Assembly (NCBI RefSeq): GCF_036365525.1
Contig: NC_090411.1
Span: forward strand, 31,636,432-31,700,431
DNA from: Heterodontus francisci
Taxonomy: Eukaryota
Direction of reading: 5' to 3'
Length of the DNA stretch: 64,000 bases
A model generated the notes under the pieces. The model was not told where the DNA came from, did no database searches, and worked only from the letters and a program-made list of their open reading frames with translations. The first letter of the stretch is position 1; each line of letters begins with the position of its first letter. The position numbers and the translations under genes are program-made. Shown in pieces: positions 11,641 through 24,139 of this stretch.

Positions 11641-12539
11641 CACTGCCTCCCTGGGTAGTCTAAGCAAAGGGTGACCACCTTTGGTCAAATGTAGTCAAAC
11701 TGTCTGTGTACCTTCTCTCCAAGCTTGAGCCAGCCTCTCTCATTCTGCAACATTGAGACAACATCCAACACATTATAACAACAACTTGTATTTCTATAGC
11801 TTAGTGAAACTTCATATCTGTGTAACCTCCCCCAGCCCCACAACCCTCCAAGTTATCTGCAGTCCTCTAATTCTGGCCTATTGAGCATCCACAATTTTAA
11901 TCGCTCCACCATTGGTGGCCACTCATTTCGTTGCCTCGGCTCTAAGCTCTGGAATTGATCTCTGGGTTGGTTGGCAAGAGCAAAGTACATATGGAAAGAG
12001 GAGTGGCGGCAGGTGAAGTGGCTCAGTTAGAACAGGAGGCCCAAGAAATGATAAAGCAAATGAAATTCATTCATGTTTCCCTAATAGGCCAGGAATGGTG
12101 CTTGGACTCCACAATCAGAGCTTCAGCTACAGCTCAGTAGATAACACTCCCTGTGTCTGTGTCAAAAGGTTGTGGGTTCAAGTCCCACTCCAGGAGGTGA
12201 GAGAAGAAAATCTAGGTTGACATTCCCAGTACAATATTGGGAGAGTGCTGCCTTCTGAGCAAGATGTTAAACCCAGGCCCCAACTGCTCTCGCTGGCGAA
12301 TGCAAAAGATTCTTTGATACCATTACAAAAAAAACAGGAGTTCTCCCCAGTGTCCTGGACAATGCTTATCACCAGTTGGGTTATCACATTGCTTTTTTTT
12401 TGGAAGCTTCTTAGTAGCCACACTTTCTACATCTCAACTCTTCTGATTAATCAATTAGGATGATTAAATCATTAATCAGCAGCACTTAAGCCTTGAAACC
12501 AGAAATTATTGCTAAGATGGAGCTTTTGCTTTTCTGTCA

Positions 12540-12940
12540 GCCATGACTCAGTGGGTCACACTCTTGCATCTGAGTCAGAGGGTTGTAGGTTCAAGTCCCA
12601 CTCCAGAGACTTGTTCAGGCTGACACTCCCAGTGCAGTACTAAGGGAGTGCTGTACTATTGGAGGTGCTGTCTTTCAGATGAAATGTGAAACATAGGCTC
12701 TGTATGCCCTCTCTGGTGGGCTGAATGAAGAACTGAGTTCTCCTTTATGTCCTGGCCAATATTTATCCTTCAATCAACATCATTAAAACAGATTAACTGG
12801 TCATTTATGTCATTGCTGTTTGTGGGAAATTACTATGCACAATTAGCTACAATATTTCCAACATTACAACTGTGACTACACCTTAAAATTGACAAATTTG
12901 GCATGTCTTGACTTCATGAAAGGGGTGATATTAATACAAT
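12540..12940 (+). mobile_element. Deu-SINE (SacSINE1-like); further copies at 12125-12430 and 15912-16295
   Basis: tRNA-like head with B box 'ggttcaagtcc', conserved core and L2-like tail. Confidence 0.75.
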
Positions 12941-13377
12941 TTTTTTTCTGTTCAAGCACAGCCAGTTAGTTTAAATGGCCCCCCCCCCCCCACTTTCCCT
13001 CCAAGACACCACCTCTTATTGAGTTACAGTTGCAGGTTGACAAGTCAATTTCTGAGGCCTCAGCCAAGAGACAATTCTTCCCATGTGCAGCTCTTAACAA
13101 AGTGCAACATCTAAATTATTACAACAACATGTTTTTCTATAAGACCTTTTAATGTCTTAAAATGTCCCAAGGCACTTCACAGGAACATTATCAAACAAAA
13201 TATGACACTGAGCCACATAAGGAAATATTAGGACATGTGACCAAAAGCTTGATCAAAGAGGTAGGCTTTAAGGAGTGTCTTAAAGGAGGAATGCGAGGTG
13301 GAGAGGTTTAAGAAGGGAATTCCAGAGCTTAGGGCCTAGGTAGCTGGGCTCAATTCCCTTAATGAATTTAACATTCT

Positions 13378-14428
13378 CGTAATATTTTGCTCACAACAGT
13401 GTCGGAAAACGCTATATGCCAAATGGGAAATATTAATTTCTTCAGTTGGAAACTTACATTCGACTTTTAATGGGAAAAAACCCTACAGTAACTTTTAAAA
13501 ATTCTAGCAGCCAAGATGGCCACTGCCATTTAATCTGAAATACCAGGAGATTGAACTGGAGACAAAAAGTCGAACAAGAAGCCCAGCCAGGACACTGGCT
13601 TGCTCTAAGTGATTGAATTACCTAAAATGGCTTCATGAGCACAGCAGTGGAGGCCATCCTCACCCATTGACTTTGAAAAGGCCAACCCCCTCCAAGTGTG
13701 AATTGGCATCCTGGAACCTGTGGAGCCAATTCTGAACCTTGTAACTCATTAAAAACAAAGGGTATTGAGAAAAGCATGTGACTGTCTGTCCATCTCGGAA
13801 GAAAGTGGGAGTTGTTGCACAGACAAGCAGTAACTGAGTGTACAGCAGCACAGAAGGCTGCTACTCCCCGTCTCTCTCTTCTTTCTCTGCCCCCAGAAAA
13901 CATTAAGTGAAAACCATTTGCGACTGGGGGAACCCTCCAAGCCTACAGACTGCTACAGCCAGCGACAAGGGGAAGAGAGCAAACTGCAATTCCGCCTTCA
14001 AGCAACCCTGAGCAAAGCAGGCCAATCAAAGTGCACTTCGATCAGCGAGGACGTCAAGAATACAGCTTCAGTCGAGAACTACTGGATTTACAGACTGTAT
14101 TTAAATTTCATTTATTCTGGACTTTAACCACCAAATCTGTTTTCCCTCCTGTAATCTATTTGTGTCTGTGTGATTCTCGCGTGACTGTGTGGCATATTTT
14201 GTAGTATTTTTAAATCGTGCTAGATGTTAAGTATAATAAACTTAGCTCTTTCTTGTTTAAACTCAAGAAAACCTGTCCGATTGGTTATTTTGCAATCACA
14301 GTAAAGGAAAAGCACTCACAGAGGTGGTAAGCCCAACCACTGTTTAACAGGAATAAACCCTGTTGCAGTGAAATAAGAGGAAGGGGCAAGAGGAGAACCT
14401 GAGACCCCCTCCTCACCTGGCCATAACA
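13378..14428 (+). mobile_element. Probable solo LTR (related to 42312-43203)
   Basis: 3' end 'ctcacctggccataaca' resembles the reverse complement of the 42312 LTR terminus; AATAAA at about 14235. 5' boundary and TSD are not clear. Confidence 0.55.
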
Positions 14429-14769
14429 ACAGTGATTACACTTCAAAAGAACTTCATTGGCAGTAAAGCACTTTGGGATGTCCTGAGGTTGTGGAAGGTG
14501 CTATATATATATGCAAGTCCTTTTTCCTGAGTTTATTCCCCTGCTTTAGTTCTCCATATTAAATGCTATTTTCCACTCTTCAACCCAATCTATCCAGTCC
14601 TTTTCACATTTGGTTTGATTGCCCCCATCATTTGAGTCGCCCACAAAATAAAACTTCAAAGGATAAGTAACCTTGTACAATCTTTTATGTCTTGCATATC
14701 TGATGTGGTATCTTTTCCTCAGCATATTATGGTGGGTTTAATCACTTTACCTAGTCTTAAATATTGGGA

Positions 14770-15555
14770 AGACTGAAGCCATTGTTTTCAGTCCCTGCTC
14801 CAAACTCCATGCCCGAGCTACTGACTCCATCCCTCTCCCTGGCAACAGTCTGAGATTAAATCAGTCTGTTTGCAACCTTGATGTCACATTTGACACCAAA
14901 ATGAACTTTCGACCCTCATATTCGTGTCATCACCAAGAATGCCTATTTCCACCTTCATAACATCGCCCGACTTCACCCCTGTCGCAGTTCATCAGCTGAA
15001 ACCTTTATTCATGCCTTCGTTACCTCTATACTTGACTATTCCAATGCACTTCTGACTGGTCTCCCACATTCTACCCTTCGTAAACGTTAGGTCATCCAAA
15101 ACTCTGCTGCCGATGTTTTAATTCGCACCAAGTCCCGTTCCCCTATCACTGACCCAAATTGGCTCCAGGTCAAGTACTATCTTGAGTTTAAAATTCTCAT
15201 CCTTGTTTACAAATCCCTCCCCTCTCTATCTGTGTAACCTCCTCCAGCCCCACAACCCTCTGAGATATCTACATTCCTCTAATTCTGGCCTCTTGAGCAT
15301 GCCCAATTTTAATCACTCCAAAATTGGTGGCCGCACGTTTAATTGCCTAGGCCCTAAGCTCTGGAATACCCTCCTTACACCTCTCTGCCTCACTTTCCTC
15401 CTTCAAGACACTCTTTAAAACCTACCAAGCTAATGGTCATCTGACCTAATATCTCATGTGACTTAGTGTCATATTTTGCTTCATAATGCTCCTTTGAAGC
15501 TCCTTGGGATGTTTTATTGTGTTAAAGGTGCTATATAAATATAAGTTGTTGTTGT
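14770..15555 (+). mobile_element. L2-type LINE ORF2 3' region (decayed)
   Basis: 'cttgactattccaatgcacttctgactggtctccca...gtcatccaaaactctgctgcc' (LDYSNALLTGLP...VIQNSAA) and 'GGRTFNCLGPKLWNTL'; (gtt)n tail. Confidence 0.8.
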
Positions 15556-17398
15556 GTGCATGAAGTGTTGTCTATCAGCCAGATGTTCAGTAGCTGAGAC
15601 TGAGACAAGCTGAAGGGAGGAAGGGGGCAGTGGGGGAAGAAAGAGACACAAACACAACGATGTACTGTTGGTTGTGCAGTCATTGGCTCAGTGGTGCAAA
15701 TAGACTATCTTTGTGTTGTTAAGCCATAGTTTCAATGATTAATCTCTTGGTTGGTTGGCTAAGAGTAAAGTACATATGGAAAGAGGAGAGAAGAATGGTG
15801 AACTGGGTCTGTTGGAACAGGAGGCCCAAGAAATGATTATGCAAATAAAATTCACTAATATTTCCCCAATAGGCTAGGAACGGTGCTTGGACTCCATGAT
15901 CAGAGCATTAGCTGCAGCTCAGTGGGTAGCACTCAGTGTCTGAATCATTAGGTTGTGGATTTAAGTCCTACTCCAGGACTTGAAAAATCTAGGCTGATAT
16001 TTCCAGTACAATATTGAGGGAGCTGCCTTTTGGATGAGATATTAAACCCAGGCTCCAACTACCCCCTCAGATTCTTTGATACTCTGAGAAAGGGAGTTCT
16101 CCACAGGGTCCTGGCCAATTATCCTCAATTCACCCCCCCCCCACCCCACCAAATAAAATTCAGTGTCACGACATTGCTGTTAGCTGCCACACTTTCTACA
16201 TGCCAACAGTGACTACTTCAGAAGTAACTCATTGGCTGTAGAACATTTTGGAATGGCCTGAGGTTGTGAAAGGCACTATATAAATGCACGACCTTTAACT
16301 GTAGGATCAACTTGAAAGTAATGAAGACTGAAGGAGCTACTAGAAATTTGGTCTAAATGGTTTGTTCTAAATTCATTTATATGCAGTTGTTATTCTCAAA
16401 CTGTAGAGAAAACATTTGTACTTTACAGTAGCCTGCACTCTGACCTTCAGGGTATTTTAACCCACTGTAGGACAGTTTGACTAGAGGACATGTTAAATAC
16501 AGGCAGGATGTTAAATGATTAGGTTCACTTAAAAGCTAAACAATTAGTGAGTAGGAAAAAGGCTCTTGTGCTTTCAGAATAAATTGCTGTTTCACCCCCC
16601 TCTTCAACTATTGAGGCTGCAATAGAATTGAAAGCAGGTGGAGGATATGTGGAATTCCCACTCAGAAAGGCTTGTTTGTCAAAGCTCATTTATATCAAAG
16701 TTAAAACAAGCACGCAAGAGATAGAAGAGCACGAGGGAGTTTGTTTGATACACTGACCACAAAGGTGCACTCTTAAAGGGAAAATGCATCTTTATAAAGT
16801 TGCTAAGCTTTTGAATATTAGCTGTGTTAATTACATTCGAGGAACCCAACTATAGGTTAACATTTTGCCTTGTGCAAGGGGGAAGGAAAATCACATTCAT
16901 ATATTGGAGACAAGTGCTGCCCTAGCACAGGTTCCTATTCTTTGAGGAAATGGCAGTCAGTTAGTTAGTTGTGCAGAAGTTAGGAATACATTTCAAGTCA
17001 TGGAGTAACTCAATTTAGAAAGGGAGCAAGATTTTACAGTTTTCAATGTTCATTTGAAAGCTGGTGTTTCTCTCTCTCTCTCCCCCCCCAATGATCTAAA
17101 ACACAAACAGTCAAGATTAAAACTGCTATAAAATGTAATCAAGATCTACAGGTAAATTCATGTGGTTACACACCAATGGTCTGACATTATGATCCTTTAA
17201 GTTGATTTGAAAAGGTGAACAGCTACTAAAAAAAGTAGACAAATAGATGAATGCTGAGCATAGTTTTATTTCATACTGTAAAGAGATTAAGTCTACACTT
17301 TTGCACAAGGCCAGTGTATGATTCCATTAAACTATTCACTACAGAAAGATACTCAGTGATCATGAGGTATAGATTATAGAATAGTCCAATAACTTCAG

Positions 17399-20300
17399 TC
17401 ACTCTTCCCCCAGTGTGTGCTTGTCAAACAGGTACTCTCCCATGCCATTGTCAGGGGCTCCCAGTCTCTTCAGGTTGGTGATGTGATCTCCAAGCTTCTT
17501 GATCATCTTCACTTGCTCATCCAAGTAGTGAGTCTTCAGGAAGTCACACAACTGAAAGATACAATGTATATTAGCAATTAGAGAAGAGAACATAGAGGAT
17601 CTAAGCTTCACCTCCTGTGGCAATTATTCTGGACCCTCTACTGGTAGAAGAGGAGATTGTATCAGATAATTTTGTCTTGAAAAGATGACAAGGAATGGCA
17701 GGTTGGAATTCCATCCTAGTCCTTTAGGAAAGTACCTCAACCCTGATCTTTATGCCCCAGAGAAAAACCTTGACATTAAAATTCTTTGAAGTGACCAATA
17801 AACTTACTGGGTATGGAGACACTTCTAAATATCACTGATCAGATTACGCTTCTATCTTCAACTCTCCAAACACATGAATACATAAGGAACTTACATGAGG
17901 GTCAGTGTTGCCAGTGGAGAGTTTGTGTAGATCCAGCAGACTCTGGTTCACATCCTTCTCCATCTGCAGAGCTCTCTGCATTGCCTCCAGACCATTGCTC
18001 CACTCATCCTGCTCTGGCTTCTGGAACAGAATAGTGGTCCTGTTAATGGGAGTGCAAAGTCCAAGGGATGTTATGCTCAAGGTCAATAGGGTTAAAAGCA
18101 ACAGAAGTTATTCTGTCCACCTCAATATCATCCTGCTCTGGCTTCTGAAAGAGAAACAGATGTAGTGGATGGAATTGAAAGTCAATTGACTGCCAGAAGA
18201 ACTGGTGTTTAGGATCACAAGTTAATGTACATCTTTAATGCAAACAGTTCAAGATGGGGAATGATTATCCAAGCCATTGTTTCCCAAGACATAATAATGG
18301 AGACCCTAGGAGCTGAAGGCAATGCTTTCTTCATCTGAGTTGCTCCTCAAATAGCTTTACAATTTTTACACATGGTCCAAGATAAAGATTTTGCTAGATA
18401 TATTTAAATACCTTTAATTAGAATACATTGTTCTCAATTTCCAGCACTTCAATTAATAGTTCAATACAGAAATTAGATCACCTTCTCCTGCCAGGAGATA
18501 GGATGGTAGTGGATTCTGGAGACTTAATATTCCCAAGAGGAAGCAATAGATTCAAATAATGACCAATATTAATCACAGTAATACTTCCTTTGCTTACAAT
18601 TCCAAGCCTTGGGGTGAAGCCCTCCATCCAGTTATCTGTTTTCTGCACTTGCAAGCTAGCTTCTTAAATGATATTTGTATTGGACCCAGTAATCTTTGCT
18701 CTGTTGCCTAACAGAGGTGGAGAACTTAATTAAACTGTACCTACCATCACACCCAATTAAACCACTTTGTCTCACTCCTTCTCTGATGTTAAAATTCTTT
18801 GAAGTGACCAATAAACCTACTGGGTATGGAGACACTTCTAAATATCACTGATCAGATTCAGCTTCCATCTTCAACTCTCCGAACACATGAACTTAGTGTA
18901 CCACCATTTGAGAATGTGCACTAGTTGCCACCATCCATTTTATCACAACTGCATTCTCCTGTACCCAGTTTTACTGCAGTTACAAGGTTGCTTCCAATCC
19001 ATGCACTGAACCAACAATCTTATCTGCATGGATTTTCAGGAGGTGCAATTACTACTCCTTCTCTAGCCACAACCTTCCATGACTCAAAATATTAAGTCAG
19101 GCCAAGCTAGCCTGCTTTTTGTACAAAGTTCCTCCAGGTTTATTAAATCCAACCTTGATGTCCTCCAAGATGATTCGGCCTCCACGTTTATTCTGGAATT
19201 TCATCAGTTTCTCAGCGTGCTCCCGTTCCTCATGTGACTGCTCCTTGAAGAACTCAGCAAAGTGACGCAGGGCAACATCATCCCGGTCAAAGTAATAGGA
19301 CTGCAGGTAGAGGCAAAAAAAAAAAAGTTGTCAGACCCAATCTAATTGTGGCCAACTCAGAAATGATATCAATATCAGTAGATAAGTTACAGGGGAGACA
19401 GTAACAGTGATAATGTCACTGGGCTAGTAATCCAGAAATCCAGGCTCAGGGGGACACGGGTTCTAATCCCACCACAGCAGATGGCAAAATTTGAATTCAA
19501 TTAAGGTCTGGAATCAAGAAGCCAGCTAACCTAATGGTGGCCATGAAACTAATTTTTCAAAAACCTATCTGCTTCATTAATGTCCTTTAGGGAAGGAAAC
19601 CTGCCATCCCTACCTGGTATGGCCTACATGTGACTCCAGACCCACAATGTGGGTGACTCTTAACTGCCCTCTGAAATGGGCAAACAAGCCACACAGTCAG
19701 GGCAATTGGGGATGGGCAATAAATACTGGCCTTGCCAGTGACACCCACATCCCACAAACTAATAAACACATGCACTACCTTAATCACCTTGTTTTCAATT
19801 AAGGGGCTTATAGCTAGAGAACATTAAACTGAATTTGCTTCATTGATTTTGACTTTGGCAACAATCCCTCCCCAAAGTAGTTGAAGGCAGTGCAATTAGA
19901 TTGGAGCATGATTTTAATCACTCAACCTGCTGTTGGGTCAACAATCAGTGGGATATAATTTTGCTCCCAGACAGAATTTTCAACAAAAAAAAATCAGTAA
20001 TTGAACAGAACTAAAATCTTGCAAGTGTAGGAATTCAGCCTTAGTGAGGAAGACTTGAGCATAAACAGGAGTCACAACACTTCAATTGCAGAAGGGAGAA
20101 AAAAACTAGCCAGAAGCAATGTTGTACAAACTGGCCATCCAATTAAATTGACTTGGGTCAATACAAGGTGGAAAGTTCATAGATTTTATACATCTTCAAG
20201 ATGATGCCTCTATTAGAAGCTTCATTGAATCCAACTCAGAGGGTTTAAATACTTCAGAATAGGTCACAGTTATTATAGAGCAGAGAAGAGGCTGTTAAAT

Positions 20301-20571
20301 CAAGTCAAGTCTTCTACAAAATTAGAATCTTAAAGTATTCACAAGATTAGGGTTGAGGGAGGGCTAGAAATATATTCTAAAGCCAATTCATTGGCTTAAA
20401 TCAACACTTAAAATACAATAATGCCATAGGCCTAATTTTGAAATAGTACCCCAAGAAAACAATACACACCAGGGAAAGATAAACATAGGAGGAATAGAGC
20501 TCCAGGTTGATTTGCTTGTTAACAGCATCTTCACAGTCCTTGTGGTAGTTCTGACACACTTGGGAAGCCAT
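17399..20571 (-). CDS. Ferritin heavy/middle-type subunit, copy B (175 aa, 4 exons)
   Basis: Exons 20571-20470, 19300-19154, 18020-17895, 17551-17399, all GT-AG, phase 0. Ferroxidase residues E27, Y34, E61, E62, H65, E107, Q141 (human H numbering) present; E134K; ends HTLGEE*. AATAAA at 17270-17265. Confidence 0.93.
17776..18891 (+). repeat. 103-bp direct repeat (17776-17878 and 18789-18891) flanking exon 3 of copy B
   Basis: 'ttaaaattctttgaagtgaccaataaac...tcttcaactctcc.aacacatgaa' occurs in intron 3 and intron 2 with few mismatches. Confidence 0.9.
19392..19770 (+). mobile_element. tRNA-derived SINE with second-family LINE tail (intron 1 of copy B); a related minus-strand copy lies at 31312-31680
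   Basis: 'gggttctaatcccacc' B-box-like head; tail 'gggatgggcaataaatactggccttgccagtgacacccacatccc'. Confidence 0.7.
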
Positions 20572-20800
20572 CTTAACCTTTACTATTAGCAAAAACTAAG
20601 TCCAAACCAACAACCTAACCTCTTTACTTAGGAACTCTTGTACTTATATCACTGGGTCAGCTTACATTCAACCAGGGAATGACATCACCAACGATGATTG
20701 ACAATCCCTGATAGCCAGTCAGGTGTCTCCCATGAATCCAGGCAACAAATAATAAAAGAGAGGGGGTGGGATGTGAGACCCAGAGCCAATCAGAGCTTTA
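20572..20800 (-). promoter_or_regulatory. Ferritin B 5'UTR and proximal promoter
   Basis: TATA-like element 20644-20649, TGACATCA 20680-20687, TGATTGACAA 20695-20704, CCAAT at about 20786; colinear in the other copies. Confidence 0.7.
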
Positions 20801-21036
20801 GAATACAGAGGTTTAGATGATTATTGCTGTTGGGTTCTTTGACTGTCCTCAAATTGAATCTGAAAATATCTCAACTCTTCTGGTTAATCAATTAGGATGA
20901 TTAAATCGTTAATCAGCAGCATTTAAGCCCTGAAACCATAAGCACCCCCTTTATAAAGGGGCACAAAGAATGTGTTCATGATTATAATAAAACTAACAAA
21001 AACTTTTCAAATTATAATTTTTCTCCCTGTATCCAC

Positions 21037-23176
21037 TACGATTGAGTATGGCATCGAGGAGCCTTTGCAGAACTGTAATCAATGGAAATTAGGGGGAAAA
21101 CTGGTTGGAGTCATATCTAACTCAAAGGAAGATAGTTGTGGTTGTTGCAGGTCAGTCCCAGGACATCACTGCAGCAGTTCCTCAGGGTCATGTCCTAGGG
21201 CCAACCACCATCAGCTGCTTCATCAATGACCTTCCCACCATTGTAAGGTCAGAAGTGGGGATATTCGCTGATGATTGCACAATGTTTAGCACCATTAGCG
21301 ACTCCTCAGATACTGAAGCAGCCCATGTGCATATGCAGCAAGACCTGGACAACATACAGGCTTGGGCTGATAAGTGGCAAGTAACATTTGCACCACACAA
21401 GTGCCAGGTAATGACCATCTCCAACAAGAGCGAATCTAACCATCTTCCCTTGATGTTCAATGGCATTGCCATCTCTGAATCCCCCATTATCAACATCCTG
21501 GGGGGGTCACCACTGACCAGGAACTGAACTGGACCAGCCACATAAATGCTGTGGCTACAAGAGCAGGTCAGAGGCTGGGAATTCTGCGGTTACTAACTGA
21601 CCTCCTGTCTCCCCAATGCCTGTTCACCATCTACAGGCACAAGTCAGGAGTGTGATGGAATACTCTCCACTTGCCTGGATGGGTGGAGCTCCAACAACAC
21701 TCAAGAAGCTCGACACCATTCAGGGCAAAGCAGCCTGCTTGATTGGCACCCCATCCTCTACCTTTAACATTCACTCCCTCCACCACAGACACACAGTGGC
21801 AGCAGTGTCTACCATCTACAAGATGCACTGCAGCAACTCACCAAGGCTCCTTTAACAGTGGCAGGAAACAAAGGGTAATTGTTGATGGCTGTTTTAGCGA
21901 CTGGAGGGCTGTTTCCAGTGGCGTTCCGCAGGGCTCAGTACTGAGTCCGCTGCTTTTTGTGGTGTATATTAACAATTTGGACGTAAATGTAGGGGGCATG
22001 ATCAAGAAGTTTACGGACAACACAAAGATTGGCCGTGTGTTAGATAGCGAGGAGGCTAACTGTCAGTTGCAGGAAGATATTGATGGTCTGGTCAGATGGG
22101 CAGAAGTTGGCAAATGGAATTCAACTTGGAGAAGTGTGAGGTGATGCATTTGGGGAGATCAAACAAGGCAAAAGAATACACTATTACTTGGAAAATACTG
22201 AGAAGTGTAGAGGAAGTGAGGGACCTTGGAGTGAAGGTCCATAGATCCCTTGAGGTAGCAGGACAGGTCGATAAGGTGGTTAAGAAGGCATATGGAATCC
22301 TTTCCTTTATTAGCCGAGGTATAGAATACAAGAGCAGGGAGGTTATGCTGGAACTGTACAACTCGTTGGTTAGGTCACAAATTGAGTACTGTGTGCAGTT
22401 CTAGTCACCTCATTACAGAAAGGATGTAATTGCACTAGAGAGGGTGCAGAGGATATTTACGAGGATGTTGTCAGGAGTGGAAAAGTGCAGCTATGAGGAA
22501 AGATTGGATAGGCTGGAGTTGTTCTCCTTGGAACAGAGAAGGCTGAGAGGAGATCTGACTGACATGTACAAAATTTTGAGGGGCCTGGATAGAGTGGAGG
22601 TGAAGGGTCTATTCACCTTAGCAGAGAAGTCAGTGACTAGGGAGCATAGATTTAAAATGATTGGTAGAAAAATTAGAGGGGAGATGAGGAAGACCTTTTT
22701 CACCCAAAGGGTGGTGATGGTCTGGAACTCACTGCCTGAAAGGGTAGTTGAGGCAGAGACCCTCAACTCATTCAAAAGGAGTCTGGATATGCACCTCAAG
22801 TGCCGTAATCTGCAGGGCTACAGACCAAATGCTGGAAGGTGGGATTAGAATTTTGACTAGCTCAGACACGATGGGCCAAGTGGCTTCTTTCTATGCCTGT
22901 AAACTTTCTATGATTCTAACAGCACCTTCCAAACCCGCAATCTCTACCAACTAGAAGGACAAGGGCAGTAGATGCATAGGAACTCCACCACCTGCAATTT
23001 CCCCTCCAAGCCACACACCATCCTGACTTGGAACTATATTGCTGTTCCTTCACTATCGCTGGATCAAAATCCTGGAACTCCCTTCATAACAGCACAGTGA
23101 GTGCACCTACCCCACATGGACTGCAGCTCACCACCACCTTCTCAAGGGCAATGAGGGATGGGCAATAAATGCTGGC
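21037..23176 (+). mobile_element. Second-family LINE (CR1/L2 group RT) interrupted by a CR1
   Basis: RT motifs 'VPQGHVLGPT..SCFINDLP...GIFADDC' (21105-21527); the sequence resumes after 22916 ('agcaccttccaaaccc'); absent at the equivalent position upstream of C and D. Confidence 0.85.
21859..22916 (+). mobile_element. 5'-truncated CR1 with 6-bp TSD TAACAG
   Basis: 'SGVPQGSVL.PLLFVVYIN.L...KKF.D.TK' to 'FFTQRVVMVWNSLP'; TTCTATGA tail; TAACAG at 21853-21858 and 22917-22922. Confidence 0.9.
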
Positions 23177-23960
23177 CACTGGTTGAGGAAATCTGAAGCA
23201 TATCGATGCACGTTGTGTACTCTCTCTCCAGGGTGTTTATATTGCTGTGGAAGAGAGTCAGGCAACGAGAGAAAACACTGCTATCAACCATGCTCTGTCT
23301 GGACCTATGGGTGGCCAGGCCCAGGAGCAGACCCATGAGGAGGTTCTCCAAGCACCCTCTCCCCTCCACACCAGCTATTCCAAGATTAGGAGTGTGGGAC
23401 TGAAATGCAGCCAAAAATAGAGGAGCAGCCTCCTCAAATAACGGAACAAGGGCTGTAAACTCTGAGACTGCACACACACAGGAAACACGGCTCTTGCAGG
23501 CTGCAAAAGTGACAGGCAGCCTGGGAGTCAGTGATTCAACTCTCCACGCCAGATCCCCAATGAAATAAGGGAGGACTCCAGCATTGAGAGCTCTCCACTG
23601 GCGACCCCCACCTCCACCTAAGGGCAAGACGGAACACCAGGGTATATCTGGAGGGGAGATGAGAGCGTTGGAGTGGAGAGTGTGTAGGTCCAGCTCTCCG
23701 CACAGAGTGGAATGGCACGGAGGAATTTCTGAGAGAGATGGCTGGTAGCGTCACTGTTCTCAGAGAATCAAAGCTTCAAAAAGTATCTGAAAGAGTTTGA
23801 TTTATTTGCGAATGGAAATTCCATCCTGTAGATGGTGTCAAGCACAGTCAGATTTACGTGAACTCATCTCTCAGAGAGTCAATGGGAATCTTAGTAGATC
23901 CAGAATGAGTCCATGATACCAAGATTCACAATGTTGACCACAATAGATTGAAAGAGACTG
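23177..23960 (-). mobile_element. Tx1-like (L1 clade) retrotransposon 3' relic upstream of copy B
   Basis: Minus-strand 'GGGGRQWRALNAGVLP..IGDLAWRV...LLMGLLLGLA..RSRQ' resembles the Tx1 ORF2 C-terminal region; paralogous copies lie upstream of C and D. Confidence 0.6.
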
Positions 23961-24139
23961 ACCTAATCTGGGACCCAGCTGGTGAGTTGGGGAAATGGAA
24001 AGTGGATCAATGGGGAGCTTCAGACAGAACTCTGTTAATCATTCATTATAAAGTTTACCCATGAAAGCCCATGAAGGAAGAGCTATAAAGTGCAGTGTTT
24101 AATTTGCTCTGTTTTCTCATCTTCCACAAGTCTCAGGTC

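Noticed and set aside
20645-20660. CAGTGA next to the TATA box of B, C and D as an IRE loop
   Set aside because: No flanking stem, and it lies upstream of the predicted transcription start.
23142-23627. Repeated ORFs upstream of B, C and D as a novel co-duplicated gene
   Set aside because: Frames break differently in each copy and the peptides resemble a Tx1 ORF2 C-terminus.
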